Part shown: piece after piece, positions 48,564 through 57,004 of the stretch
How the letters are laid out: each line of letters opens with the position of its first letter
How positions within the stretch are numbered: the first letter of the stretch is position 1
IMG/VR virus record: IMGVR_UViG_3300029305_009755
Source: an uncultured virus (IMG/VR IMGVR_UViG_3300029305_009755)
Lineage: Duplodnaviria > Heunggongvirae > Uroviricota > Caudoviricetes
Length of the DNA: 64,000 nucleotides
Strand: one strand, 5' to 3'
The notes under the pieces: generated by a model
What the model saw: the letters and a program-made list of their open reading frames with translations, nothing else
The model's database searches: none
What the model was told of the DNA's origin: nothing
Program-made: the position numbers and the translations under genes

Positions 48564-48871
48564 CAGAGTATGCGGTCGAGATCGTTCTGGTGCGTGAATC
48601 AGGACCTGTAAGAATCAATGCCCCCCTTCCCGACACATGGTTCGAGTGTCTCGTCATACCCTGCGAGAGCAAGGAGGGGATGGTGGACCTGCATTATGCC
48701 CTGCTGGAAAGATTCAGAATGCTCATGGAGCGTGGCATCATGGAGATGCACATCGATCAGCTTCAAATGGACGTGAACACGAAGGACATCAAAGCGATCT
48801 GGATTGCAGTGGATGGATAGAAGATACCCCACAGGGTGTTGCCCGGATGGAGGGTGGAGTATGAGTGGTGA
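48560..48871 (+). CDS. 103-aa protein with in-frame TAG (putative pyrrolysine) at 48818
   Basis: Frame continues KIPHRVLPGWRVEYEW to a TGA overlapping the next start (48861). Confidence 0.6.
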
Positions 48872-49175
48872 CATCGACCCCAAGAGGCTGAGGCTGACCG
48901 AGGCGGGGAGGAAGCTGCTGGACACGGGCATCAAGGACTGTCCGTTCTGCAAGAAGCAGCCTCGGGTGGACCTCCAGGTGAGGACAGGGAGATACTGCAT
49001 AAGATGTAACGACCTGGTGGAACGTTCCCTCACCGACTGTGTTGGCATGGACACGTGCGACTGGACTCTGGAGAGGGCTGTGAGGAGATGGAACCGCAAG
49101 GTGGACAGGATAAACAAGAGGACTGAGGAGAAGAACAGGAAGGAGGATGGATGGAGATGGGTGAGGATAAAGTGA
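48861..49175 (+). CDS. Lar-like restriction alleviation family protein
   Basis: IK.CPFC...C..C....A...WNR. Confidence 0.6.
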   Translation: MSGDIDPKRLRLTEAGRKLLDTGIKDCPFCKKQPRVDLQVRTGRYCIRCNDLVERSLTDCVGMDTCDWTLERAVRRWNRKVDRINKRTEEKNRKEDGWRWVRIK

Positions 49176-49333
49176 TGGAACCGAAACCGTGCCCGCTCTG
49201 CGGACAGGAGATAAGGGTCGTGGATTGCGATGGTGTGTACTACGACTTCTGGTGCTTCAACTGCCTGCTATCCATGCAGGCGGACACATACGAGGAGGGA
49301 TTGGAGAGATGGAACAGGAGGGTGGATGAATGA
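49175..49333 (+). CDS. Lar-like restriction alleviation family protein
   Basis: KPCP.CG...C..C......WNRRV. Confidence 0.65.
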   Translation: MEPKPCPLCGQEIRVVDCDGVYYDFWCFNCLLSMQADTYEEGLERWNRRVDE

Positions 49334-49503
49334 GTTGGATCGTATATGAGACGAAGAACAGGGAAGTCATCATGGATGAAACGGGATTCGTCTTCATAAA
49401 AGACAAAAGGGACCCACCCTGCATGGTACTCGGCACGGGCTGGGACCAGGTGAAGCACCAGCTGGAGAGGGAGGAGTGGCTGATCAAGGAGGGTTGGCTA
49501 TAA
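49330..49503 (+). CDS. 57-aa hypothetical protein (not in ORF track)
   Basis: MSWIVYETKNREV...; fills gap with ATGA overlap. Confidence 0.55.
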   Translation: MSWIVYETKNREVIMDETGFVFIKDKRDPPCMVLGTGWDQVKHQLEREEWLIKEGWL

Positions 49504-49691
49504 TCAAACTTAGGACCTGTCCCTTCTGCGGAGGGAAAGGTGAACTCGAGATTTCAAACCCTTGGGACCCTTATGAGGCACACGTCAGATGCGCGAAGTG
49601 TGGAATCGAGGGACCCCACGTATGGAGGGTGAATGATGAGGAGTTCAAGACGACAGCCATAAGGTTATGGAACAGGAGAGTGAAGGGATGA
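49494..49691 (+). CDS. Lar-like restriction alleviation family protein
   Basis: LRTCPFCGG....V.C..CG..GP....AI..WNRRV. Confidence 0.7.
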   Translation: MAIIKLRTCPFCGGKGELEISNPWDPYEAHVRCAKCGIEGPHVWRVNDEEFKTTAIRLWNRRVKG

Positions 49692-50245
49692 ATGAGACAG
49701 TTCGGGATGACCCGTTCATGCAGGCTATCAGAGAATGCATGCAGCATGCGTATGAAAAAGAAATGAAGAGGAGTGAGAAGATGGTTAGAGTAGATGAGAT
49801 GTGCAGATGCGACGTGAGGAAGAGGATGGACTTGGGAATGATTCCACCTATCCCCCTCCTTCTGGATGGATTCATCAAGGTATGTCCTTGGTGCGACAGG
49901 ACCAATCCCTCTTGGGCGAAGAAGCAGAGAGCAGAGGAGAAGAAGGGGACGATGACCAAGAAGGAGATGATGATGAAGCTCGAGGAGGCGATCAACCCCA
50001 TGGCGAGATCCGGCAAGAACTTCGCAGTATCCGTGGTGGGACTCGAGAAGAAGGCAGAGGATCCCAAGCCCCAGCCCAAGAGGAAGGTCTGGGTGGTCGT
50101 CAGGATACTCAGAGGGCTGGAAGGTACCAGCGACATCTGCGTGTTCGACACCAGGGAGAAGGCGGAGGACTTCCGCCGTGCCCTGTCCATGGCCGACACC
50201 TACGACTGCGTCACGAGGATGTACGAGAGAGAGGTCATCGAATGA
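49688..50245 (+). CDS. Hypothetical protein
   Basis: C-terminal VWVV......I.VF.T.EKAE domain. Confidence 0.55.
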   Translation: MNETVRDDPFMQAIRECMQHAYEKEMKRSEKMVRVDEMCRCDVRKRMDLGMIPPIPLLLDGFIKVCPWCDRTNPSWAKKQRAEEKKGTMTKKEMMMKLEEAINPMARSGKNFAVSVVGLEKKAEDPKPQPKRKVWVVVRILRGLEGTSDICVFDTREKAEDFRRALSMADTYDCVTRMYEREVIE

Positions 50246-50619
50246 ATGCAAAAGAGTGCCTACAGGCACTGCTGGATGGCAAGACCCTCAAAGATAGAGA
50301 TGACAGATATTGGAGGATGAGCGATGAGGGAGAGTTGCAGGTGAAATGGGAGATGAAAGATGATTGGATCTGTTCGGAAGCCGTATGGAATGGCGATTGT
50401 GTGATCCATGAAGAGTACACCCTCACATTCAAGGACGCCTTGAAAGCCATGATCGATGGCAAGGCCGTGGAAAGTGATGTTTCCAAGCGCAAATACCATC
50501 TCATGAACGTATATGGATATCATGAAACGTTTGTCGAAGTGGGCGACGAATTCTGTACAACGATCCTCACAGAGATCAAACTCTCCGAACAGATCGGCAA
50601 GTGGAAGGTGGTAGAGTGA
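50242..50619 (+). CDS. Tandem Tad2/DUF2829-like domain protein
   Basis: ECLQALLDGKTL... and LTFKDALKAMIDGKAV...WKVVE. Confidence 0.55.
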   Translation: MNAKECLQALLDGKTLKDRDDRYWRMSDEGELQVKWEMKDDWICSEAVWNGDCVIHEEYTLTFKDALKAMIDGKAVESDVSKRKYHLMNVYGYHETFVEVGDEFCTTILTEIKLSEQIGKWKVVE

Positions 50620-50975
50620 CCCTGACTGCTAAGGAGGCTATGCAGGCATTGCTGGACGGTAAGACGCTCCGCAAGGACGGGGTCGTCATAACCCCTGCAA
50701 GGTGGGGATTGTTGATGAAGTTCAATAACGGCACCTGTGAGAGGATCACACTGGAAGGCTGCAAGGTCGTCGAGGAATACCCTCTGACCTTCGAGCAGGC
50801 ACTCAGGGAGATGCTTGACGGTAGAATCATGATGTGTGGGACGAGTGAGAGGTATGCATACAGGTTCCGTAACGGGGTGTTCGAAAGCTCCTGTCAGGAT
50901 GATGAATTCACCAGATGGGAAAGATGTGCGATATTCGTACCCATGCAGGGATCCAAATGGAAGGTGGTCGAATGA
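50616..50975 (+). CDS. Tandem Tad2/DUF2829-like domain protein
   Basis: EAMQALLDGKTL... and LTFEQALREMLDG...WKVVE. Confidence 0.55.
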   Translation: MTLTAKEAMQALLDGKTLRKDGVVITPARWGLLMKFNNGTCERITLEGCKVVEEYPLTFEQALREMLDGRIMMCGTSERYAYRFRNGVFESSCQDDEFTRWERCAIFVPMQGSKWKVVE

Positions 50976-51211
50976 CCGATATCGAGACTAACTCTGAGTG
51001 GCACAGAATCAAGAACGCACACAAGAGACTCAGCAAACTCATAGATGATTTGGATGAGGGATGGGACTGGTTGTCCGAATGCGATGAGGATGATCCGATG
51101 ATGGAGCATGCAGTCAAGCTACGGAAGACCGCTGACGTCCTACGCACTCTGTACACTCCTTTGGCGGTGACTATCAAGAGTATCGAATCCAAATGGAAGG
51201 TGGACGAATGA
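50972..51211 (+). CDS. Hypothetical helical protein ending in the shared KWKVDE tail
   Basis: ATGA overlap. Confidence 0.6.
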   Translation: MTDIETNSEWHRIKNAHKRLSKLIDDLDEGWDWLSECDEDDPMMEHAVKLRKTADVLRTLYTPLAVTIKSIESKWKVDE

Positions 51212-51393
51212 GGTTCATAGAGATTGATGGAAAGAGGTACGAGGTATCCGAATGCTTTAGATGCCCCTGCATGGCTGTGGGGGGAGGCGGATGGGCAACC
51301 CGTTGCAGACACCCGGAAGCATCCAGTGACAAGGAGGACTACTTCGGTGAGGAGGTTCCCGACTGGTGCCCGTTGAGGGAAGTGGTTGTATGA
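51208..51393 (+). CDS. Small Cys protein, CxxCP...PDWCPL family
   Basis: IEIDG.RY.V..C..CPC......C.HP.....PDWCPL. Confidence 0.65.
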   Translation: MRFIEIDGKRYEVSECFRCPCMAVGGGGWATRCRHPEASSDKEDYFGEEVPDWCPLREVVV

Positions 51394-51581
51394 GATACAT
51401 AGAGATCGATGGAGAGAGGTACAAGGTACGGTATTGTTACGATTGTCCCTGTGTGGACAGCGGAGACGATGGATGGGGGGCCTGTTGCAGGCATCCTAAA
51501 GTATCCCTGTACAACAGCGCTGTCGATTACTTCGGTAATGGGGTTCCGGACTGGTGTCCGTTGAGGGAGGTGATTGAGTGA
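51390..51581 (+). CDS. Small Cys protein, tandem paralog of 51208-51393
   Basis: Near-identical motifs and shared DNA stretches. Confidence 0.65.
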   Translation: MRYIEIDGERYKVRYCYDCPCVDSGDDGWGACCRHPKVSLYNSAVDYFGNGVPDWCPLREVIE

Positions 51582-51748
51582 AGATCTAGCTCTGCTGTTT
51601 TCATGGTGACTGGTATGGGGTGGAAAGTGAGTATCGGCGTGACGCGGAATTCGAGGATGCCGAGGAAGCGATCCGCTACATGGCAGAGATGTATCGTCCG
51701 GATGGATCCGTAGGATGGTACATGTACCAAGTGTGGGTGGAAGAATGA
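51578..51748 (+). CDS. 56-aa protein with in-frame TAG (putative pyrrolysine) at codon 4 (51587)
   Basis: GGAGGTGA RBS, GTGA overlap; MKI*LCCFHGDWYGVESEYRRDAEFEDAEEAIRYMAEMYRPDGSVGWYMYQVWVEE; stop overlaps next ATG 51745. Confidence 0.7.
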
Positions 51749-51933
51749 GGATAGAGTTGAGAACGAAAGAAGGAAGGATCATCGGACTGCCGTTCGAAGA
51801 CGGTTGTCTTTCCGTATCGCAGTGGAGCTGGGAGGAACTCCTCCAGTTCTGCCAGGTACGTCATGACTACAGGCCCGTGGACATCATGAGATATCCCGGC
51901 ATACTGAAAATCACAGTGGAGTTGGTAGAGTGA
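51745..51933 (+). CDS. Hypothetical protein
   Basis: ATGA overlap. Confidence 0.55.
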   Translation: MRIELRTKEGRIIGLPFEDGCLSVSQWSWEELLQFCQVRHDYRPVDIMRYPGILKITVELVE

Positions 51934-52139
51934 CCTCTGGCGGGATGGAAGAATACCCCCTTGATTTCGAGCATGCCCTCATTGCCATGCTGAAAGGCAA
52001 GGTCGTGAGAAATACCCTTATGCCTCACGTCAGAATGAGATTCCATAAGGGATGTTTCGAGGACGACATCGATGGAGATTGGGGGTCCACTCTAATCCTC
52101 ATCGAAGAGTATAAGGCCAAATGGAAGGTGGTGGAGTGA
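51930..52139 (+). CDS. Single Tad2/DUF2829-like domain protein
   Basis: LDFEHALIAMLKGKVVR...KWKVVE. Confidence 0.55.
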   Translation: MTSGGMEEYPLDFEHALIAMLKGKVVRNTLMPHVRMRFHKGCFEDDIDGDWGSTLILIEEYKAKWKVVE

Positions 52140-52297
52140 CCCGCTGTGATTACTGCACAAGAAAATCCGTTACAGATTTTCCTGACGTCGGTTTGCATTT
52201 CTGCGAACCGTGTGGCAGAGCATTCAGGGAAGGATTCGAGAAGGGTAAGGTATATGAGAGCGTGAGGAGAAGGAAGACAGGGAGAGTGAAGGAATGA
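52136..52297 (+). CDS. 53-aa Zn-finger protein (not in ORF track)
   Basis: CDYC...FCEPC; overlaps both neighbours. Confidence 0.55.
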   Translation: MTRCDYCTRKSVTDFPDVGLHFCEPCGRAFREGFEKGKVYESVRRRKTGRVKE

Positions 52298-52770
52298 AAG
52301 TGGAGAATTTGGAGATGATGCCCAGGAGAAGTACGGTAATGAGCGCGGGGTACGACATCTATTCCCCCGAGGAATATGAGTTGAAGCCCGGAGAGTGGAC
52401 AGTCATAGACACGGGGGTGAGCTTCGATGGAACCGAGTACCCGTATTTCTGCCATCAGGGCAGACCGATTCCAAATGATGGTTATGCCCATACCGTCCGC
52501 GTGACCTATCCGACCAAGTGGTTCATGGCCATCGTGCCCAGATCCGGGCTGTCATTCAAGCACGGACTGAGGATCATCAATACGGTGGCTATCATTGACA
52601 TGGATTTCCGTGACACCATCAAGTTGAAGATAACCGTAGAGGAGCCGTACACGCTCAAGAAGGGTGAGCGTTTCGCACAGGGCATCTTCCTCCCCTACTG
52701 CATCATGTCGGGAGAGATAACGCCCACAGAGAAGCGCGATGGCGGCTTCGGTAGCACCGGGAGGATGTGA
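52294..52770 (+). CDS. dut: Trimeric dUTPase
   Basis: SAGYDI, PRSGL, IID.DFR, RFAQGI, R.GGFGSTG. Confidence 0.92.
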   Translation: MKVENLEMMPRRSTVMSAGYDIYSPEEYELKPGEWTVIDTGVSFDGTEYPYFCHQGRPIPNDGYAHTVRVTYPTKWFMAIVPRSGLSFKHGLRIINTVAIIDMDFRDTIKLKITVEEPYTLKKGERFAQGIFLPYCIMSGEITPTEKRDGGFGSTGRM

Positions 52771-52771
52771 G

Positions 52772-52978
52772 ATGTACAAGCTGAAGATTGATATGTTCCT
52801 CCGTGCACCCATCGTGTTGGAGTTCGAGAGTGAGGAGAGTCGTGATAGTGTATGGATGCACATCTATAGAGAGCTCCGTGATGGTCACCTCTTCTCCCTC
52901 GACCCTGGTTGCGGTTACCAGGGATTGATAACCATCAACCCTGCCTATGTCAGAGCCATCGAGGAGGTGGAGGAATGA
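52772..52978 (+). CDS. Hypothetical protein
   Basis: GGAGG RBS; INP..V..IE. Confidence 0.55.
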   Translation: MYKLKIDMFLRAPIVLEFESEESRDSVWMHIYRELRDGHLFSLDPGCGYQGLITINPAYVRAIEEVEE

Positions 52979-53157
52979 ATCGCAGACGCATCGAGTCAGG
53001 GGGTACCACTTGGCTTATGTCCTCCTGTATCCAGTGCCCTTTCTACAAGGCCATCAGGGGCGATGACTACTGCGGAAAGGCACTCAGGAAGATGGATTCC
53101 ACGGAGGAGTTCCCAGACTGGTGTCCCGCCGACAAGCTCTCGGGGGCGGTACAGTGA
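52975..53157 (+). CDS. Small Cys protein, CxxCP...PDWCP family
   Basis: SC..CPF.....C......PDWCP. Confidence 0.6.
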   Translation: MNRRRIESGGTTWLMSSCIQCPFYKAIRGDDYCGKALRKMDSTEEFPDWCPADKLSGAVQ

Positions 53158-53876
53158 AGGTCGAGCTCGTAGCGTGCACCAACGTACTGGACAAGGATGG
53201 CCTGGGCCTCGGAGGAGCCGATCATGTCTGCAACCTCGCTGCCAAGAACTGTGTCTCCGAGGAGATGCCTCAGACGCATCACTTTGAAGACACGTACTTC
53301 TTCTGGGAGGATGAGGATTGCAAGTCACTGAAAGCGGCGATGTCCTCAGGCCACATGTCGATAGCCGAGAATGCTTCATTCACATTCTCTATCGAAGGAG
53401 TCTCCCGTGTCACGGAGATCCAGCTGGTGAGGCATCGCATAGGGGCTTCATACGCCATCCAGAGCGGACGCTATTGCTCACGTGACCCCACCAATTACGT
53501 CATGCCCGAATCGATCTTAGAGGATGTCGATGACCTTCTCGCGCAAAGAATCAAAGAGTATAATCGTGCACTCAGGTTACTCGATGACTGCATGGTGGAG
53601 AGGGGCATCAGCGCAGAGGACAGGAGGTACTTCTACCCGCAGGGCCTCATGACGAACATAGTCGTGACCGTCAATGCAAGGGAGCTTTTACATATGGCTT
53701 CAGAAAGGGGATGTTCTCGGGCTCAGACAGAAATCCATGAGATGGTCACGGAGATGGTCAGGCTCGCCAAGGAGGTCGCACCGGTCCTGTTCGAGCACGC
53801 AGGCCCCAAATGCCAGCGTCTCGGATACTGTCCCGAGAGGAAGGGGTGCGGTCGCTATTCCCCGAAGAAGGCATGA
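53154..53876 (+). CDS. thyX: Flavin-dependent thymidylate synthase
   Basis: GH.SI.E, F.IEGVSR, QLVRHR..S...QSGRY, N.RELLH...R....AQ.EI. Confidence 0.92.
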   Translation: MKVELVACTNVLDKDGLGLGGADHVCNLAAKNCVSEEMPQTHHFEDTYFFWEDEDCKSLKAAMSSGHMSIAENASFTFSIEGVSRVTEIQLVRHRIGASYAIQSGRYCSRDPTNYVMPESILEDVDDLLAQRIKEYNRALRLLDDCMVERGISAEDRRYFYPQGLMTNIVVTVNARELLHMASERGCSRAQTEIHEMVTEMVRLAKEVAPVLFEHAGPKCQRLGYCPERKGCGRYSPKKA

Positions 53877-54529
53877 CCATGTCCAGAGGATGCAAGACAA
53901 GACTGGATGCGGGGAGCAGATACAACAGGCTCACCGTGCTGGAGGAGGATACCTCGATGAACACGGGTGCCACGTGGGTGAGGTGCAGATGCGACTGCGG
54001 GAACATCACTGTACTCAGAGCATATGATATCACTTCGGGCAAGATCAAATCCTGCGGCTGCCTTTGGAAGGAGCTCACCAGGGCCAGAGCCACCAAGGTG
54101 GAATATGACGGGAGGTCTCTGACAATCTCGGAATGGTCGGAGGAGACAGGGATCTCTGCAGAGGCCATCAAGGGCAGGTTGAGGAGGGGCTGGCCCATCG
54201 AAGTGGCTCTGACGGCCCCTATGAACACCAAATTCAAGGCCATCGGAAAACACCGCAGGAGATCCGGGAGGAAAAAGGACAAGGATACCATGGTGAAAGG
54301 GATCATGGTAGCTCCCATACTCGACCTGTTGGGCGAGAGGGACATGAATCTCAGGGAACTCTATGAGGCCACAGGGGCCAAGCAGAGGAACGAGAAGGAG
54401 ACGGTGCGTCGCACCCTCCACCGTCTGCAGGAGAGGGACATAGTGTCCAAGGTGGGCATGACCAAGACTATCCACACGGTGGGGATATACCACCTGATAA
54501 AAGACGATGAGAGAGTCAAGGAGGAATGA
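53873..54529 (+). CDS. Nuclease-less HNH-endonuclease-derived DNA-binding domains fused to a wHTH
   Basis: Y..LTVL..CRCDCG..SCGC directly joined to .EY.G...TISEWS..TGI....I..RL.RGW..E.AL, then wHTH. Confidence 0.65.
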   Translation: MTMSRGCKTRLDAGSRYNRLTVLEEDTSMNTGATWVRCRCDCGNITVLRAYDITSGKIKSCGCLWKELTRARATKVEYDGRSLTISEWSEETGISAEAIKGRLRRGWPIEVALTAPMNTKFKAIGKHRRRSGRKKDKDTMVKGIMVAPILDLLGERDMNLRELYEATGAKQRNEKETVRRTLHRLQERDIVSKVGMTKTIHTVGIYHLIKDDERVKEE

Positions 54530-54771
54530 GAATGAAATACGGAGCAACATTTTTCATCAGACTCGTGAACGACACCATGAGTGAGACGCTGTGGTGGGAC
54601 GATGAAGCCGACAGGGATAATGAACTGTGGTGCTTCGAAGCGGAGATGAACGAAGGTAATGCGAAGATCCTGCACATACAGGACCTCTCCATCGCATGTG
54701 ACAGCCTCATAGCGATCAAGAAAATCAAGAAGACCAAGAAAACCAAGAAAATCGAAACAGGGGGCCTCTGA
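54526..54771 (+). CDS. Hypothetical protein
   Basis: ATGA overlap. Confidence 0.55.
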   Translation: MRMKYGATFFIRLVNDTMSETLWWDDEADRDNELWCFEAEMNEGNAKILHIQDLSIACDSLIAIKKIKKTKKTKKIETGGL

Positions 54772-54911
54772 GTCATGTTGGAACAAAGGTTGATCGAGGA
54801 TTATTTCCCCCAACAGATATTCTGGGTCGTGAAGGGCCTGGGAGTATTCAAAACCAAGGAAGAAGCAGAAGAAGCTCGTAGAAAAGCAGGCTTAGTTACA
54901 GATGAGGAGGA

Positions 54912-55169
54912 ATGAGGATGGATTTCGGAGATGTGATCAGGAAGATGAAGGAAGACGACAGCAGGAGGTTCATGAGGCGTGGATGGAACGGCAAGGGCAT
55001 CTACATCCAGCTCCAGAACCCCGATGAGGGGAGCATGAACACACTGCCCTACATCTTCATGGTGACCAACCACCTGATCTCGGACAACCCTGATGCGCCC
55101 CGCGGTCGTGTCCCGTGGCTCGCCAGCCAGACCGACATGCTCGCAGATGATTGGGAGATGGTGCAGTGA
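54912..55169 (+). CDS. DUF2829 / Tad2 (Thoeris anti-defence 2) family protein
   Basis: MDFGD......R.GWNGKG.YI...PYI.......VPWLASQTDMLADDWE, the canonical DUF2829 signature. Confidence 0.85.
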   Translation: MRMDFGDVIRKMKEDDSRRFMRRGWNGKGIYIQLQNPDEGSMNTLPYIFMVTNHLISDNPDAPRGRVPWLASQTDMLADDWEMVQ

Positions 55170-55390
55170 ACAGGTTGGATTTCGGCTCTGTCCTGCACAA
55201 GCTCTCCAAAGACCCCACAAGGAAGTTCAGGAAGATTCACTGGGATTCGGGTGTGTACATCACAGTGAAGGAGTACACAGGTCTGTCCATGCCCATTGTG
55301 GTCATCTACAGGGGACCCAACAAGCAGACCATCCCGTTCATACCCGGCTCGGACACCTTGCTGTCATGCGATTGGGAGGCGGTCGAATGA
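55166..55390 (+). CDS. Divergent Tad2/DUF2829 paralog
   Basis: LDFG.VL......RK..W..G.YI.....IP..P....LL..DWE. Confidence 0.65.
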   Translation: MNRLDFGSVLHKLSKDPTRKFRKIHWDSGVYITVKEYTGLSMPIVVIYRGPNKQTIPFIPGSDTLLSCDWEAVE

Positions 55391-55551
55391 TCCCCAGATG
55401 CATAGCGTGTCAAAAACTGATTTTCCGCAACCGCATAAGTGTGGAGATCGGCAACAAGGATGGTACGAATGTACAGTCGTTCAAAATCCATGAAAGATGT
55501 ACTGAAAGATTCCTCAGAATGCTCCCCCTCGAAGAAGAGGTGAGCGAATGA
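55387..55551 (+). CDS. Small Zn-finger protein
   Basis: CxxC...HxxC. Confidence 0.55.
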   Translation: MIPRCIACQKLIFRNRISVEIGNKDGTNVQSFKIHERCTERFLRMLPLEEEVSE

Positions 55552-55754
55552 GATTCTCATGCCGGTTCTGTGGAGACGTGTTCGACAAGGAGGACATATC
55601 GGTGCCTATGGACGACCCCGGGTGGGTATGGATGCGTGAAACTTGCCCCAGATGTCACAGGGGTATGGACGATTGGTATGTCTCCGAAATATGGGAGAAG
55701 CATTGGATATTCCTCGCCATCAGGCACCAGAGGAACGTGGAGGTGAGCGAGTGA
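55548..55754 (+). CDS. Small Zn-ribbon protein
   Basis: CxxC...CPRC. Confidence 0.55.
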   Translation: MRFSCRFCGDVFDKEDISVPMDDPGWVWMRETCPRCHRGMDDWYVSEIWEKHWIFLAIRHQRNVEVSE

Positions 55755-55960
55755 CCGGCAAGGCACCGTTCCTGTGCAAGACCTCCGGGGCGAAGGAGAT
55801 TGTGGAGTATCTCAAGACCCACGGCCCTGCCACCACCAGCACTATGAAGGCCGATGGGCTCGAGTTCCACAGGGGCTTGACCAAGAGGATGCATGAGCTC
55901 GGTATCATCCGCCCTGCCGGATATGAGAACAGCGCCAGGATATGGGAGTTGGTCGAGTGA
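55751..55960 (+). CDS. Small wHTH protein (LK.HG family)
   Basis: IVEYLKTHGP.T...M.A.G......RMH..G.I...IWELVE. Confidence 0.6.
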   Translation: MTGKAPFLCKTSGAKEIVEYLKTHGPATTSTMKADGLEFHRGLTKRMHELGIIRPAGYENSARIWELVE

Positions 55961-56181
55961 GGCAGGAGGAGATCCTGACAGGGCTCCGCGAGCTCGGTCC
56001 GAGTACGATAGAGGAGCTTTCGATACATATCTGCGGATATTGTGATTACAATACCAGGAACAGTGCAAACATCAGACTCAACACCCTCTGTAGACAGGGG
56101 TTCGTGAGGAAGATAGGAGTGAGACAGAAGCCTGAAGGTGCAAAGGGGCGCCGGTCACCTATATGGGAGTTGGTCGAGTGA
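55957..56181 (+). CDS. Small wHTH protein
   Basis: IL..L...GP.T..EL......L..L...GFV.K.G...IWELVE. Confidence 0.6.
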   Translation: MRQEEILTGLRELGPSTIEELSIHICGYCDYNTRNSANIRLNTLCRQGFVRKIGVRQKPEGAKGRRSPIWELVE

Positions 56182-56357
56182 AACCCATAGAACTGAGAGC
56201 GGTATGGGAGCAGTCCGATGGGGACTGCCTCGTGAGGGATGGCATCTACGTCACGGACTCGTGTAAGTTGAATGGTATCCACGAGATGTTCCTGAACGAC
56301 CCGATGGGCATGCCCACCGTGGTGGAGATAGTCATGGAAGGATTCGAGGAGGAATGA
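56178..56357 (+). CDS. Hypothetical protein
   Basis: GTGA overlap. Confidence 0.5.
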   Translation: MKPIELRAVWEQSDGDCLVRDGIYVTDSCKLNGIHEMFLNDPMGMPTVVEIVMEGFEEE

Positions 56358-56358
56358 G

Positions 56359-56646
56359 ATGCATTGTATCGAGATACATCTGGATATCGTATCGAAAATA
56401 GGTCACATCAATCGTCCGCCCATGATGATGACTGCGACCAGCAATCCCGATGATTCCGGGGTGGTGGACTACTTCATGGAGAAGGTCGTATCCATCCCCT
56501 TCGTGGATGAGTCCGAGATGGAGGCTGCCTTCGAGAACATGATGGACAAACTGGAGGGCGGTGCGAAGTTCCTGCGGATCCGGGGGATGGGCATCGCTAC
56601 AGCCAACATATTCCTGGTGGAGATGGTGAGGCATGTCGAAGTATGA
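56359..56646 (+). CDS. Hypothetical protein
   Basis: GGAGG RBS. Confidence 0.55.
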   Translation: MHCIEIHLDIVSKIGHINRPPMMMTATSNPDDSGVVDYFMEKVVSIPFVDESEMEAAFENMMDKLEGGAKFLRIRGMGIATANIFLVEMVRHVEV

Positions 56647-57004
56647 TGAAGTCCAAGCTCAGCTGGATGCATGGAGGCAGGAGTATCCTGAGATCTTCAT
56701 GGACCCCTCCTCCCCTGTTCCCGTATCCTTCGGAGGATACGAGGACATGGGCCTGACGATGGGATTATGCAGGTCCTGGAGGACATGGTCGGAGATCACC
56801 TTGGGTCACAAGTTCGAGCACAGGAAATTCGGATGGCTGGAGAGATCAGTACTGTGGCATGAGTTCACCCATGCCATAGCATACCACGAGGACAAGATCG
56901 GGGACAAGCACAACGACCACTGGAAGGACATCCAGAAGCAGAAGCCCCTGCTGGTCCTCGGTGACTGGATCGCGAAGCTCACATACATATTCATGAGGGG
57001 CTGA
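56633..57004 (+). CDS. SprT-like zinc metallopeptidase domain protein
   Basis: G.C......I.L, VLWHEFTHA, H...WK. Confidence 0.65.
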   Translation: MSKYDEVQAQLDAWRQEYPEIFMDPSSPVPVSFGGYEDMGLTMGLCRSWRTWSEITLGHKFEHRKFGWLERSVLWHEFTHAIAYHEDKIGDKHNDHWKDIQKQKPLLVLGDWIAKLTYIFMRG

